A DNA stretch of 64,000 bases from Octopus vulgaris (taxonomy: Eukaryota): the NCBI GenBank assembly GCA_951406725.2, contig OX597820.1, positions 8,122,001 to 8,186,000 on the forward strand. The letters run 5' to 3'. Below, one piece after another: positions 1 through 15,200 of the stretch. The position numbers were made by a program, and so were the translations under genes. The notes below the pieces were generated by a model. That model was not told where the DNA came from and searched no databases. It was given only the letters and a program-made list of their open reading frames with translations. Each line of letters starts with the position of its first letter. Positions within the stretch are counted from its first letter, which is position 1.

Positions 1-3000
1 GATTTGAAGGTGAAGGAGAGTAAGGGATGGAAGGAATATTAAACATTCCAGAGAGGGGGATTTGAAGGTGAAGGGGAGGAATGGATGGAAGGAATATTAA
101 ACATTCCAGTGAGGGGTTTTGAAGGTGAAGAGGAGGAAGGGATGGAAGGAATATTAAACATTCCAGGAAGAGGGGATTTGAAGGTGAAGGGGAGGAAGGG
201 ATGGAAGGAATATTAAACATTCCAGTGAGGGGGATTTGAAGGTGAATGGGAGGAAGGGATGGAAGGAATATTAAACATTCCAGAGAGGGGGATTTGAAGG
301 TGAAGGGGAGGAAGGGGGAGGAAGGAATATTAAACATTCCAGAGAGGGGGATTTGAAGGTGAAGGAGAGTAAGGGATGGAAGGAATATTAAACATTCCAG
401 AGAGGGGGATTTGAAGGTGAAGGGGAGGAAGGGATGGAAGGAATATTAAACATTCCAGAGGGGGATTTCAAGGTGAATGGGAGGAAGGGGAGGAAGGCGT
501 ATTGAACATTCCAGAGAGTGGAATTTGAAGGTGAAAGGGAGGAAGGAATAGAAGGAATATTAAAACATTCCAGAGAGGGGGATTTGAAGGTGAACGGGAG
601 GAAGGGAGGAAGGAATATTAAACATTCCAGAGAGGGGGATTTGAAGGTGAAGGGGAGGAAGGATGGAAAGGAATATTGAAACATTCCAGAGAGGGGGATT
701 TGAAGGTGAAGGGGAGGAAGGGATGGAAGGAATATTAAACATTCCAGAGAGGGGGATTTGAAGGTGAAGGGGAGGCAGGGATGGAAGGAATATTAAACAT
801 TCCAGAGAGGGGGATTTGAAGGTGAATGGGAGGAAGGGATGGAAGGAATATTAAACATTCCAGAGAGGGGGATTTGAAGGTGAATTGGAGGAAGGGATGG
901 AAGGAATATTAAACATTCCAGAGAGGGGGATTTGAAGGGGAATGGGAGGAAGGGATGGAAGGAATATTAAACATTCCAGAGAGGGGGATTTGAAGGTGAA
1001 GGGGGAGGAGGGATGGGGAGGAATATTAAACATTCCAGAGGGGGATTTGAAGGTGAATGGGAGGAAGGGATGGAAGGAATATTAAACATTCCAGAGAGAA
1101 GGATTTGAAGGTGAAGGGGAGGATGGGGTAGAAGGAATATTGAACATTCGAGAGAGGGGGATTTGAAGGTGAAGGGGAGGAAGGGATGGAAGGAATATTA
1201 AACATTCCAGAGAGGGGGATTTGAAGGTGAAGGGGAGGAAGGGATGGAAGGAATATTAAACATTCCAGAGAGGGGGATTTCAAGGTGAAGGTGAGGAAGG
1301 GATGGAAGGAATTTTAAACATTCCAGAGAGGGGGATTTGAAGGTGAAGGAGAGGAAGGGGAGGAAGGAAAATTGAACATTCCAGAGAGGGGGATTTGAAG
1401 GTGAAGGGGAGGAAGGGATGGAAGGAATATTAAACATTCCAGAGAGGGGGATTTGAAGGTGAAGGAGAGTAAGGGATGGAAGGAATATTAAACATTCCAG
1501 AGAGGGGGATTTGAAGGTGAATGGGAGGAAGGGATGGAAGGAATATTAAACATTCCAGAGAGGGGATTTGAAGGTGAAGGGAGGAAGGGATGGAAGGAAT
1601 ATTAAACTTTCCAGAGAGGGGGATTTGAAGGTGAAGGGGAGGAAGGTATGGAAGGAATATTGAACATTCCAGAGAGGGGGATTTGAAGGTGAATGGGAGG
1701 AAGGGATGGAAGGAATATTAAACATTCCAGAGAGGGGGATTTGAAGGTGAAGGGGAGGGAGGGATGGAAGGAATATTAAACTTTCCAGAGAGGGGGATTT
1801 GAAGGTGAAGGGGAGGAAGGTATGGAAGGAATATTGAACATTCCAGAGAGGGGGATTTGAAGGTGAAGACGAGGAAGGGATGGAAGGAATATTGAACATT
1901 CCAGAGAGGGGGATTTGAAGGTGAAGGGGAGGAAGGGAGGAAGGAATGGAAGGAATATTAAACATTCCAGAGAGGGGGATTTGAAGGTGAATGGGGAGGA
2001 AGGGATGGAAGGAATATTAAACATTCCAGAGAGGGGGATTTGAAGGTGAAGGGGAGGGAGGGATGGAAGGAATATTAAACATTCCAGAGAGGGGATTTGA
2101 AGGTGAAGGGATGGGAAGGGATGGAAGGAATATTAATTATTCCAGAGAGGGGATTTGAAGGTGAAGGGGAGGAAGGGTAGGAAGGAATATTGAACATTCC
2201 AGAGAGGGGATTTGAAGGTGAAGGGGAGGAAGGAATGGAAAGGAATATTAAACATTCCAGAGAGGGGAATTGAAAGGTTAATGGGAGGAAGGGATGGAAG
2301 GAATATTAAACATTCCAGAGGGGGGATTTGAAGGTGAAGGTGAGGAAGGGGATGGAAGGAATATTAAACATTCCAGAGAGGGGGATTTGAAGGTGAAGGA
2401 GAAGAAGGGGAGGAAGGAATATTAAACATTCCAGAGAGGGGGATTTGAAGGTGAAGGGGGGAAGGGATGGAAGGAATATTAAACATTCCAGAGAGGGGGA
2501 TTTGAAGGTGAAGGAGAGTAAGGGGATGGAAGGAATATTAAATATTTCAGAGAGGGGGATTTGAAGGTGAAGGAGAGTAAGGGTTGGAAGGAATATTGAA
2601 CATTCCAGAGAGGGGGATTTGAGGGTGAAGACGAGGAAGGGATGGAAGGAATTTTGAACATTCCAGAGAGAGGGATTTAAAGGTGAAGGGGAGGAAGGGG
2701 AGGAAGGAATGGAAGGAATATTAAACATTCCAGAGAGGGGGATTTGAAGGTGAAGGGGAGGAAGGAATGGAAGGAATATTAAACATTCCAGAGAGGGGGA
2801 TTTGAAGGTGAATGGGAGGAAGGGATGGAAGGAATATTAAACATTCCAGAGAGTGGGATATGAAGGTTAATGGGAGGAAGGGATGGAAGGAATATTGAAC
2901 ATTCCAGAGAGGGGGATTTGAAGGTGAAGGAGAGTAGGGATGGAAGGAATATTAAACATTCCAGAGAGGGGGATTTGAAGGTGAAGAGGAGGAAGGGATG

Positions 3001-6000
3001 GAAGGAATATTGAACATTCCAGAGAGGGGATTTGAAGGTGAAGGGGAGGAAGGGATAGAAGGAATATTAAACATTCCAGAGAGGGGGATTTGAAGGTGAA
3101 GGGGAGGAAGGGGAGGAAGGAATGGAAGGAATATTAAACATTCCAGAGAGGGGGATTTGAAGGTGAAGGGGAGGAAGGAATGGAAGGAATATTAAACATT
3201 CCAGAGAGGGGGATTTGAAGGTTAATGGGAGGAAGGGATGGAAGGAATATTAAACATTCCAGAGAGGGGGATTTGAAGGTGAATGGGAGGAAGGGATGGA
3301 AGGAATATTGAACATTCCAGAGAGGGGGATTTGAAGGTGAAGGGGAGGAAGGAATGGAAGGAATATTAAACATTCCAGAGAGGGGGATTTGAAGGTGAAA
3401 GGGAGGAAGGAATGGAAGGAATATTAAACATTCCAGAGAGGGGGATTTGAAGGTGAAGGGGAGGAAGGGTAGGAAGGAATATTGAACATTCCAGAGAGGG
3501 GGATTTGAAGGTGAAGGGAGGAAGGAATGGAAGGAATATTAAACATTCCAGAGAGGGGGATTTGAAGGTGAATGGGAAGAAGGATGGAAGGAATATTAAA
3601 CATTCCAGAGAGGGGGATTTGAAGGTGAAGGGGAGGAAGTGATGGAAGGAATATTAAACATTCCAGGGGAGGGGATTTGAAGGTGAATGGGAGGAAGGGA
3701 TGGAAGAAATATTAAACATTCCAGAGAGGGGGATTTGAAGGTGAAGGAGAGGGAGGGATGGAAGGAATATTAAACATTCCAGAGAGGGGGATTTGAAGGT
3801 GAAGGGGAGGAAGGGATGGAAGGAATATTAAACATTCCAGAGAGGGGATTTGAAGGTGAAGGGGAAGAAGGGATGGAAGGAATATTAAACATTCCAGAGA
3901 GGGGATTTGAAGGTGAATGGGAGGAAGGGATGGAAGGAATATTAAACATTCCAGAGAGGGGGAATTGAAGGTGAATGGGAGGAAGGGATGGAAGGAATAT
4001 TAAACATTCCAGAGAGGGGGATTTGAAGGTGAAGGGGAGGGAGGGAGGGAAGGAATATTAAACATTTCCAGAGAGGGGGATTTGAAGGTGAATGGGAGGG
4101 AGGGATGGAAGGAATACTAAACATTCCAGAGAGAAAGATATGAAGGTGAAGGGGAGGAAGGAGTAGAAGGAATATTGAACATTCCAGAGAGGGGGTTTTG
4201 AAGGTGAAGGAGGAAGGAATGGAAGGAATATTAAACATTCCAGAGAGGGGGATTTGAAGGTGAATGGGAGGAAGGGATGGAAGGAATATTAAACATTACA
4301 GAGAGGGGGATTTGAAGGTGAAGGTTAGGAAGGGATTGAAGGAATATTAAACATTCCAGAGAGGGGGATTTGAAGGTGAAGGAGAGGAAGGGGAGGAAGG
4401 AATATTGAACATTCCAGAGAGGGGGATTTGAAGGTGAAGGGGAGGAAGGGATGGAAGGAATATTAAACATTCCAGTGAGGGGGATTTGAAGGTGAAGGGG
4501 AGTAAGGGATGGAAGGAATATTAAACATTCCAGAGAGGGGGATTTGAAGGTGAAGGGGAGGAAGGGATGGAAGGAATATTAAACATTCCAGTGAGGGGGG
4601 ATTTGAAGGTGAATGGGAGGAAGGGATGGAAGGAATATTAAACATTCCAGAGAGGGGGATTTGAAGGTGAAGGGGAGGGGGGGATGGAAGGAATATTAAA
4701 CATTCCAGAGAGGGGGATTTGAAGGTGAAGGGGAGGAAGGTATGGAAGGAATATTGAACATTCCAGAGAGGGTGATTTGAGGGTGAAGACGAGGAAGGGA
4801 TGGAAGGAATATTGAACATTCCAGAGAGGGGGATTTGAAGGTGAAGGGGAGGAAGGTATGGAAGGAATATTGAACATTCCAGAGAGGGTGATTTGAAGGT
4901 GAAGGGGAGGAAGGGGAGGAAGGAATGGAAGGAATATTAAACATTCCAGAGAGAAGGATTTGAAGGTGAAGGGGGAGGAAGGGGTAGAAGAAATATTGAA
5001 CATTCCAGAGAGAGGGATTTGAAGGTGAAGGGGAGGAAGGAATGGAAAGAATATTAAACATTCCAGAGAGGGGATTTGAAGGTGAATGGGAGGAAGGGAT
5101 GGAAGGAATATTAAACATTCCAGAGAGGGGGATTTGAAGGTGAAGGAGAGGAAGGGGAGGAAGGAATATCGAACATTCCAGAGAGGGGATTTGAAGGTGA
5201 AGGGGAGAAAGGAATGGAAGGAATGTTGAACATTCCAGAGAGGGGGATTTGAGGGTGAAGACGAGGAAGGGATGGAAGGAATATTGAACATTCCAGAGAG
5301 GGGGATTTGAAGGTGAAGGGGAGAAAGGGGAGGAAGGAATGGAAGGAATATTAAACATTCCAGAGAGGGGGATTTGAAGGTGAAGGGGAGGAAGGAATGG
5401 AAGGAATATTAAACATTCCAGAGAGGGGGATTTGAAGGTGAATGGGAGGAAGGGATGGAAAGAATATTAAACATTCCAGAGAGGGGGATTTGAAGGTGAA
5501 TGGGAGGAAGGGATGGAAGGAATATTGAACATTCCAGAGGGGGATTTGAAGGTGAAGGAGAGTAAGGGATGGAAGGAATATTAAACATTCCAGAGAGGGG
5601 GATTTGAAGGTGAAGAGGAGGAAGGAATGGAAGGAATATTAAACATTCCAGAGAGGGGGATTTGAAGGTGAAGGGGAGGAAGGGGGAAAGAATATTAAAC
5701 ATTCCAGAGAGGGGGATTTGAAGGTGAATGGGAGGAAGGGATGGAAGGAATATTAAACATTCCAGAGAGGGGGATTTGAAGGTGAATGGGAGGAAGGGAT
5801 GGAAGGAATATTGAACATTCCAGAGAGGGGGATTTGAAGGTGAAGGAGTGTAAGGGATGGAAGGAATATTAAACATTCCAGATTGGGATTTGAAGGTGAA
5901 GAGGAGGAAGGAATGGAAGGAATATTAAACATTCCAGAGAGGGGGATTTGAAGGTGAAGGGGAGGAAGGGGTAGAAGGAATATTGAACATTCCAGAGAGG

Positions 6001-9000
6001 GGGATTTGAAGGTGAAGGGGAGGAAGGAATGGAAGGAATATTAAACATTCCAGAGAGGGGGATATGAAGGTGAATGAAAGGAAGGGATGGAAGGAATATT
6101 AAACATTCCAGAGAGGGGGATCTGAAGGTGAAGGTGAGGAAGTGATGGAAGGAATATTAAACATTAAGAGTGGGGGATTTGAAGGTGAATGGGAGGAAGG
6201 GATGGAAGAAATATTAAACATTCCAGAGAGGGGGATTTGAAGGTGAAGGAGAGGGAGGGATGGAAGGAATATTAAACATTCCAGAGAGGGGGATTTGAAG
6301 GTGAAGGGAGGAAGGGATGGAAGGAATATTAAACATTCCAGAGAGGGGGATTTGAAGGTGAAGGGGAAGAAGGGATGGAAGGAATATTAAACATTCCAGA
6401 GAGGGATTTGAAGGTGAATGGGAGGAAGGGATGGAAGGAATATTAAACATTCCAGAGAGGGGATTTGAAAGTGAATGGGAGGAAGGGATGGAAGGAATAT
6501 TAAACATTCCAGGGAGGGGGATTTGAAGGTGAAGGGGAGGGAGGGATGGAAGGAATATTAAACATTCAGAGAGGGGGATTTGAAGGTGAATGGGAGGGAG
6601 GGATGGAAGGAATATTAAACATTCCAGAGAGAAAGATATGAAGGTGAAGGGGAGGAAGGGGTAGAAGGAATATTGAACATTCCAGAGAGGGAGATTTGAA
6701 GGTGAAGGGGAGGAAGGAATGGAAGGAATATTAAACATTCCAGAGAGGGGGATTTGAAGGTGAATGGGAGGAAGGGATGGAAGGAATATTAAACATTCCA
6801 GAGAGGGGGATTTGAAGGTGAAGGTGAGGAAGGGATGGAAGGAATATTAAACATTCCAGAGAGGGGGATTTGAAGGTGAAGGAGAGGAAGGGGAGGAAGG
6901 AATATTGAACATTCCAGAGGGGGATTTGAAGGTGAAGGGGAGGAAGGGATGGAAGGAATATTAAACATTCCAGAGAGGGGGATTTGAAGGTGAAGGGGAG
7001 TAAGGGATGGAAGGAATATTAAACATTCCAGAGAGAGGGGATTTGAAGGTGAAGGGGAGGAAGGGATCGAAGGAATATTAAACATTCCAGTGAGGGGGAT
7101 TTGAAGGTGAATGGGAGGAAGGGATGGAAGGAATATTAAACATTCCAGAGAGGGGGATTTGAAGGTGAATGGGGGGAGGGATGGAAGGAATATTAAACAT
7201 TCCAGAGAGGGGGATTTGAAGGTGAAGGGGAGGTAGGTATGGAAGGAATATTGAACATTCCAGAGAGGGGGATTTGAGGGTGAAGACGAGGAAGGGATGG
7301 AAGGAATATTGAACATTCCAGAGAGGGGGATTTGAAGGTGAAGGGGAGGAAGGGGAGGAAGGAATGGAAGGAAAATTAATCATTCCAGACAGAAGGATTT
7401 GAAGGTGAAGGGGAGGAAGGGGTAGAAGAAATATTGAACATTCCAGAGAGGGGGATTTGAAGGTGAAGGGGAGGAAGGAATGGAAGGAATATTAAACATT
7501 CCAGAGTGGGGGGATTTGAAGGTGAATGGGTGGAAGGGATGGAAGGAATATTAAACATTCCAGAGAGGGGGATTTGAAGGTGAAGGGGAGGAAGGGAGAG
7601 GAAGATATTGAACATTCCAGAGAGGGGGATTTGAAGGTGAAGGGGAGGAAGGAATGGAAGGAATATTGAACATACCAGAGAGGGGATTTAAGGGTGAAGA
7701 CGAGGAAGGGATGGAAGGAATATTGAACATTCCAGAGAGGGGGATTTGAAGGTGAAGGGGAGGAAGGGGAGGAAGGAATGGAAGGAATATTAAACATTCC
7801 AGAGAGGGGATTTGAAGGTGAAGGGGATGAAGGAATGGAAGGAATATTAAACATTCCAGAGAGGGGGATTTGAAGGTGAATGGGAGGAAGGGATGGAAGG
7901 AATATTAAACATTCCAGAGAGGGGATTTGAAGGTTAATGGGAGGAAGGGATGGAAGGAATATTGAACATTCCAGAGAGGGGGATTTGAAGGTGAAGGAGA
8001 GGAAGGGATGGAAGGAATATTAAACATTCCAGAGAGGGGGATTTGAAGGTGAAGAGGAGGAAGGAATGGAAGGAATATTAAACATTCCAGAGAGGGGGAT
8101 TTGAAGGTGAAGGGGAGGAAGGGGTAGAAGGAATATTGAACATTCCAGAGAGGGGGATTTGAAGGTGAAGGGGAGGAAGGGAGGAAGGAATGGAAGGAAT
8201 ATTAAACATTCCAGAGAGGGGGATTTGAAGGTGAATGGGAGGAAGGGATGGAAGGAATATTAAACATTCCAGAGAGGGGGATTTGAAGGTGAAGGTGAGG
8301 AAGGGATGGAAGGAATATTAAACATTCCAGAGAGGGGGATTTGAAGGTGAATGGGAGGAAGGGATGGAAGGAATATTAAACATTCCAGAGAAGGGGATTT
8401 GAAGGTGAAGGAGAGGAGGGATGGAAGGAATATTAAACATTCCAGAGAGGGGATTTGAAGGTGAAGGGGAGGAAGGGATGGAAGGAATATTAAACATTCC
8501 AGAGAGGGGATTTGAAGGTGAAGTGGAAGATGGGATGGAAGGAATATTAAACATTCCAGAGAGGGGGATTTGAAGGTGAAGGGGAGGAAGGGATGGAAGG
8601 AATATTAAACATTCCAGAAAGGGGGATTTGAAGGTGAAGGGGAGGAAGGAAAGGAAGGAATATTAAACATTCGAAAGAGGGGGATTTGAAGGTGAAGGGG
8701 AGGAAGGAATGGAAGGAATATTAAACATTCGAAAGAGGGGGATTTGAAGGTGAATGGGAGGAAGTGATGGAAGGAATATTAAACATTCCAGAGATGATGA
8801 TTTGAAGGTGAAGGGGAGGCAGGGATGGAAGGAATATTAAACATTCCAGAGAGGGGGATTTGAAGGTGAAGGGGAGGAAGGGGTAGAAGGAATATTGAAC
8901 ATTCCAGAGAGGGGGATTTGAAGGTGAAGGGGAGGAAGGAATGGAAGGAATATTAAACATTCGAAAGAGGGGGATTTGAAGGTGGAGGAAGGGATGGAAG

Positions 9001-9184
9001 GAATATTAAACATTCCAGAGAGGGGGATTTGAAGGTGAAGTGAGGAAGGGATGGAAGGAATATTGAACATTCCAGAGACGGGATTTGAAGGTGAAGGGAG
9101 GAAGGAATGGAAGGAATATTGAACATTCCAGAGAGTGGGATTTTGAGGGTGAAGACGAGGAAGGAATGGAAGGAATATTGAACA

Positions 9185-9289
9185 TTCAAATCCTACTCTC
9201 TAGAATGTTTAATACTCCTTCCATTCCTTCCTCCCTTTCATCTTCAAATTCCCCTCTCTGGAATGTTTAATATTCCTTCCTCCCCTTCC
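9185..9289 (-). repeat. 105-bp inverted satellite insert, copy 1
   Basis: Pyrimidine-rich stretch TTCAAATCCTACTCTC...CCTCCCCTTCC is the reverse complement of about 1.8 monomers, inserted at the TTCC of a forward monomer. Confidence 0.97.
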
Positions 9290-12200
9290 AGGGAGGGGTA
9301 TTTGAAGGTGAAGGGGAGGAATGGGAGGAAGGAATAATAAACATTCCAGAGAGCGGGATTTGAAGGTGAAGGGGAGGAAGAGGAGGAAAGAATATTAAAC
9401 ATTCCAGAGAGGGGGATTTGAAGGTGAAGGAGGAAGGGATGGAAGGAATATTAAACATTCCAGAGAGGGGGATTTGAAAGTGAAGGGGAGGAAGGGATCG
9501 AAGGAATATTAAACATTCCAGAGAGGGGGATTTGAAGGTGAAGGGAGGAGGGATGGAAGGCATATTAAACATTCCAGAGTGGGGGATTTGAAAGTGAATG
9601 GGAGGAAGGGATGAAAGGAATATTAAACATTCCAGAGAGGGGGATTTGAAGGTGAATGGGAGGAAGGGATGGAAGGAATATTAAACATTCCAGAGAGGGG
9701 GATTTGAAGGTGAAGGGGAGGGAGGGATGGAAGGAATATTAAACATTCCAGAGAGGGGGATTTGAAGGTGAAGGGGAGGGATGGAAGGAATATTAAACAT
9801 TCCAGAGAGAGGGATTTGAAGGTGAAGGGGCGGAAGGGAGGAAGGAATATTAATCATTCCAGAGAGGGGGATTTGGAGGTGAAGGGGATGAAGGAGAGGA
9901 TGGAATATTGACCATTCCAGAGAGAGGATTTGAAGGTGAAGGGAGGAAGGAATTTTGAACATTTCAGATACGGTGATTTGAAGGTGAAGGAGAGGAAGTG
10001 GAGGAAGGTATATTGAACATTCCAGAGAGGGGGCTTTGAAGGTGAAGGAGAGTAAGGGATGGAAGGAATATTGGACATTCCAGAGAGGGGATTTGAAGGT
10101 GATGGAGAGGAAGAGGAGGAAGGAATATTAAACATTCCAGAGAGAGGATTTGAAGGTGAAGGAGAGTAACGGATGGAAGGAATATTGAACATTCCAGAGA
10201 GGGGGATTTGAAGGTGAATGGTGGAAGGGGAGGAAGGAATATTGAACATTCCAGAAAGGGGGATTTGAAGGTGATATAGAAGAAGGGGAGGAAGGAATAT
10301 TGAACATTACAGAGAGGGGGATTTGAAGTTGAAGAGGAGGAAGGGGAGAAAGGAATATTGAACATTCCAGAGAGGGGGATATGAAGGTGGAGGAGAGTAA
10401 GGGATGGAATGAATATTGAACATTCCAGAGACAGGGATTTGAAGGTGAAAGGGAGGAAGGGATGGAAGGAATATTGAACATTCCAGAGAGGGGGATTTGA
10501 AGGTGAAGGAGAGTAATGATGGAAGGAATATTGAACATTCCAGAGAGGGGATTTGAAGGTGAAGGAGAGTAAGGGATGGAAGGAATATTGAACATTCCAG
10601 AGAGGGGTATTTGAAGGTGAAGGGGAGGAAGGGATGGAAGTAATATTAAACATTCCAGTGAGGGGGATTTGACGGTGAAGGGGAGGAAGGGGAGGAAGGA
10701 ATATTAAACATTCCAGAGAGGGGGATTTGAAGGTGAAGAGGAGGAAGGGGAGGAAGGAATATTGAACATTCCAGAGAGGGGAATTTGAAGGTGAAGGGGA
10801 GGAAGGGAGGAAGGAATATTAAACATTCCAGAGAGGAATTTGAAGATGAAATTGAGGAAGGAATGGAAGGAATATTAAACATTCCAGAGGGGGGTTTTTG
10901 AAGGTGAAGGGGACGAAGTGGAAGATGGAATATTGAACATTCCAGAGAGGGGTTTTGAAGATGAAAGGGAGGAAGGAATGGAAGGAATATTGAACATTCC
11001 AGAGAGGGGGATTTGAAGGTGAATTGGAGGAAGGGAGGAAGGAATATAAAACATTCCAGAGAGGGGAATTTGAAGATGAAAGGGAGGAAGGAATGGAAGG
11101 AATATTGGACATTCCAGAGAGGGGGATTTGAAGGTGAAGGGTAGAAAGGATGGAAGGAATATAAAACATTCCAGAGAGGGAATTTGATGATGAAAGGGAG
11201 GAAGGAATGGAAGGAATATTAAGTATTCCAGAGAGGGGGATTTGAAGGTGAAGGGGAGGAAGGTGAGGAAGGAATATTAAACATTCTAGAGAGGGGGATT
11301 TGAAGATGAAGGGGAGGGAGGAGAGAAAGGAATATTGAACATTCCAGAAAGGGGGATTTGAAGGTGAAGGGGAGGAAGGGAGGAAGGAATTTTGAACATT
11401 CCAGAGAGGGGATTTTGAAGTGAAGGGGGAAGGGGAGGAAGGAATATTGAACATTCCAGAGAGGGGGATTTGAAGGTGAATGGGAGGAAGTGGAGGATGG
11501 AATGTTAAATTCCAGAGACGGGGATTTGAAGGTGAAGGGGAGGAAGGGATGGAAGGAATATTGAACATTCAAGAGAGGGGGATTTGAGGGTGAAGAAGTG
11601 GAAGTGATGAAAGGAATATTGAACATTCCAGAGAGGGGGATTTGAAGTTGAAGGAGAGGAAGGGGAGGAAGGGATATTGAACATTCCAGAAAGGGGGATT
11701 TGAAGGTGAAGGGGAGGAATGGGAGGAAGGAATATTGAACATTCCAGAGAGGGGGATTTGAAGGTGAAGGGTGGAAGGGAGGAAGGAATATTAACATTCC
11801 AGAGAGGGAAATTTTAAGGTGAAGGGAGGAAGGGGAGGAAGGAATATTGAACATTCCAGAGAGGGGGATTTGAAGGTGAAGGGGAGGAACGGGAGGAAGG
11901 AATATTGAACATTCCAGAGAGGGAGATTTAAAGGTGAAGGTGAGGAACGGGAGGAAGGAATATTGAACATTCCAGAGAGGGGGATTTGAATTTGAAGTGG
12001 ATGAAAGGGAAGAAGGAATATTAAACATTCCAGAGAGGGGGATTTGATGGTGAAGGTGAAAAAGGGGAGGAAGTAATATTAAACATTCCAGAGAGGGGGA
12101 TTTGAAGGTGAAGGGGAGGAAGGGATGGAAGGAATATTGAACATTCCAGAGAGGGGGATTTGAAGGTGAAGGGGAGGAAGGGATGGAAGGAATATTGAAC

Positions 12201-15200
12201 ATTCCAGAGAGGGGAATTTGAAGATGAAAGGGAGGAAGGAATGGAAGGAATATTTAACATTCCAGAGAGGGGGATTTGAGGGTGAAGGGGAGGAATGGGA
12301 GGAAGGAATATTAGACATTCCAGAGAGGGGGATTTGAAGGTGAAGGGGAGGAAGGAGATGGAAGGAATATTAAACATTCCAGAGAGGGGGATTTGAAGGT
12401 GAAGGGCAGGAAGTGGAGGAAGGAATATTGAACATTCCAGAAAGGGGATTTGAAGGTGAAGGGGAGGAAGGGGAGGAAGGAATATTAAACATTCCAGAGA
12501 GGGGATTTGAAGATGAAAGGGAGGAAGGAATGGAAGGAATATTAAACATTCCAGAGAGGGGGATTTGAAGGTGAAGGGGAGGAAGGAGAGGAAGGAATAT
12601 TGAACATTCCAGAGAGGGGGATTTGAAGGTGAAGGGGAGGAAGGGGAGGAAAGAATATTAAACATTCCAGAGAGGGGGATTTAAAAGTGAAGGGGAGGAA
12701 GGAGAGAAAGGAATATTAAACATTCCAGAGAGGGGGATTTGAAGGTGAAGGGGAGGAAGGGGAGGAAGGAATATTAAACATTCCAGAGAGGGGGATTTGA
12801 AGGTGAAGGGGAGGAAGGGGAGTAAGGAATATTAAACATTCCAGAAAGGGGTATTTGAAGTTGAAGGGGAGGAAGGGGAAAAAGGAATATTGAACATTCC
12901 AGAGGGGGGATTTGAAGGTGAAGGAGAGTAAGGGATGGAAGGTATATTGGACATTCCAGAGAGGGGGATTTGAAGGTGAAGAAGAGGAAGTGGAGGAAGG
13001 AATATTAAACATTCGAGTGAGAGGATTTGAAGGTGAAGGAGAGTAACGGATGGAAGGAATATTGAACATTCCAGAGAGGGGGATTTGAAGGTGAAGGGGA
13101 GGAATGTGAGGAAAGAATATTGAACATTCCAGAAAGGGGATTTGAAGGTGAAGGGGAGGAAGGGGAGGAAGGAATATTGAACATTCCAGAGAGGGGGATT
13201 TGAAGGTGAAGAGGGGGAAGGGTGGAAGGAATATTGAACATTCCAGAGAGGGGGATTTGAAGGTGAAGGAGAGGAAGGGATGGAAGGAATATTGAACATT
13301 CCAGAGAGGGGGATTTGAAGGTGAAAGGGAGGCAGGGATGGAAGGAATATTGAACATTCCAGAGAGGGGATTTGAAGGTGATGGGGAGGACGGGATGGAA
13401 GGAATATTAAACATTCCAGTGAGGGAGATTTGAAGGTGAATGCGAGGAAGGGATGGAAGGAATATTAAACATTCCAGAGAGGGGTTTTGAAGGTGAAAGG
13501 GAGGAAGGGATGGAAGGAATATTAAACATTCCAGAGAGGGGGATTTGAAGGTGAAGGGAGGAAGGGATGGAAAAAATATTAAACATTCCAAAGAGGGGGA
13601 TTTGAAGGTTATGGGGAGGACGGGATGGAAGGAATATTAAACATTCCAGTGAGGGGGATTTGAAGGTGAAGGAGAGGAAGGGAGGAAGGAATATTGAACA
13701 TTCCAGAGAGGGGATTTGAAGGTGAAGGGGAGGAAGGGATGGAAGGAATATTAAACATTCCAGAGAGGGGGATTTGAAGGTGAAGGAGAGTAAGGAATGG
13801 AAGGAAAATTAAACATTCCAGAGAGGGGATTTGAAGGTGAAGGGGAGGAAGGGATGGAAGGAATATTAAACATTCCAGTGAGGGGGATTTGAAGGTGAAT
13901 GGGAGGAAGGGATGGAAGGAATATTAAACATTCCAGAGAGGGGGATTTGAAAGTGAAAAGGAGGAAGGGATGGAAGGAATATTAAACATTCCACAGAGGG
14001 GGATTTGAAGGTGAAGGAGAGTAAGGGATGGAAGGAATATTAAACATTCCAGTGAGGGGGATGTGAAGGTGAATGGGAGGAAGGGATGGAAGTAATATTA
14101 AACATTCCAGAGAGGGGGATTTGAAGGTGAAGGGGAGGAAGGGATGGAAGGAATATTAAACATTCCAGAGAGGGGGATTTGAAGGTGAAGGAGAGGAAGG
14201 GATGGAAGGAATATTAAACATTCAAGAGAGGGGGATTTGAAGGTGAAGGGGAGGAAGGGGGAAAGAATATTAAACAATCCAGAGAGGGATATTTGAAGGT
14301 GAAGGTGAGGGAGTGATGGAAGGAATATTAAACATTCCAGAGAGGGTGATTTGAAGGTGAAGTGGAGGAAGGGTTAGAAGGAATATTAAACATTCCAGAG
14401 AGGGGGATTTGAAGATGAAGGAGAGGAAGGGATGGAAGGAATATTGAACATTCCAGAGAGGGGGATTTGAAGGTGAGGGAGGAAGAATATTAAACATTCC
14501 AGAGAGGGGGATTTGAAGGTGAAGGTGAGTCAGGGATGGAAGGAATATTAAACATTCCAGAGAGGGGGATTTGAAGGTGAAGGGGAGGAAGGGATGGAAG
14601 GAATATTAATCATTCCAGTGAGGGGGATGGTTAATGGGAGGAAGGGGAGGAAGGAATGGAAGGAATATTAAACATTCCACAGAGGGGGATTTGAAGGTGA
14701 ATGGGAGGAAGGGATGGAAGGAATATTAAACATTCCAGAGAGGGGGATTTGAAGGTGAGGGGAGGAAGGGATGGAAGGAATATTAAACATTCCAAAGAGG
14801 GGGATTTGAAGGTGAAGGAGAGGAAGGGGAGGAAGGAATATTGAACATTCCAGAGAGGGGGATTTGAAGGTGAAGGGGAGGAAGGGATGGAAGGAATATT
14901 AAAAATTCCAGAGAGGGGGATTTGAAGGTGAAGGAGAGTAAGGGATGGAAGGAATATTAAACATTCCAGAGAGGGGGATTTGAAGGTGAAGGGGAGGAAG
15001 AGATGGACGAAATATTAAACATTCCAGAGAGGGGATTTGAAGGTGAAGGGAGGAAGGGATGGAAGGAATATTAAACATTCCAGAGAGGGGGATTTGAAGG
15101 TGAAGGAGAGGAAGGGATGGAAGGAATATTAAACATTCCAGTGAGGGGGATTTGAAGGTGAATGGGAGGAAGGGATGGAAGGAATATTAAACATTCCAGA

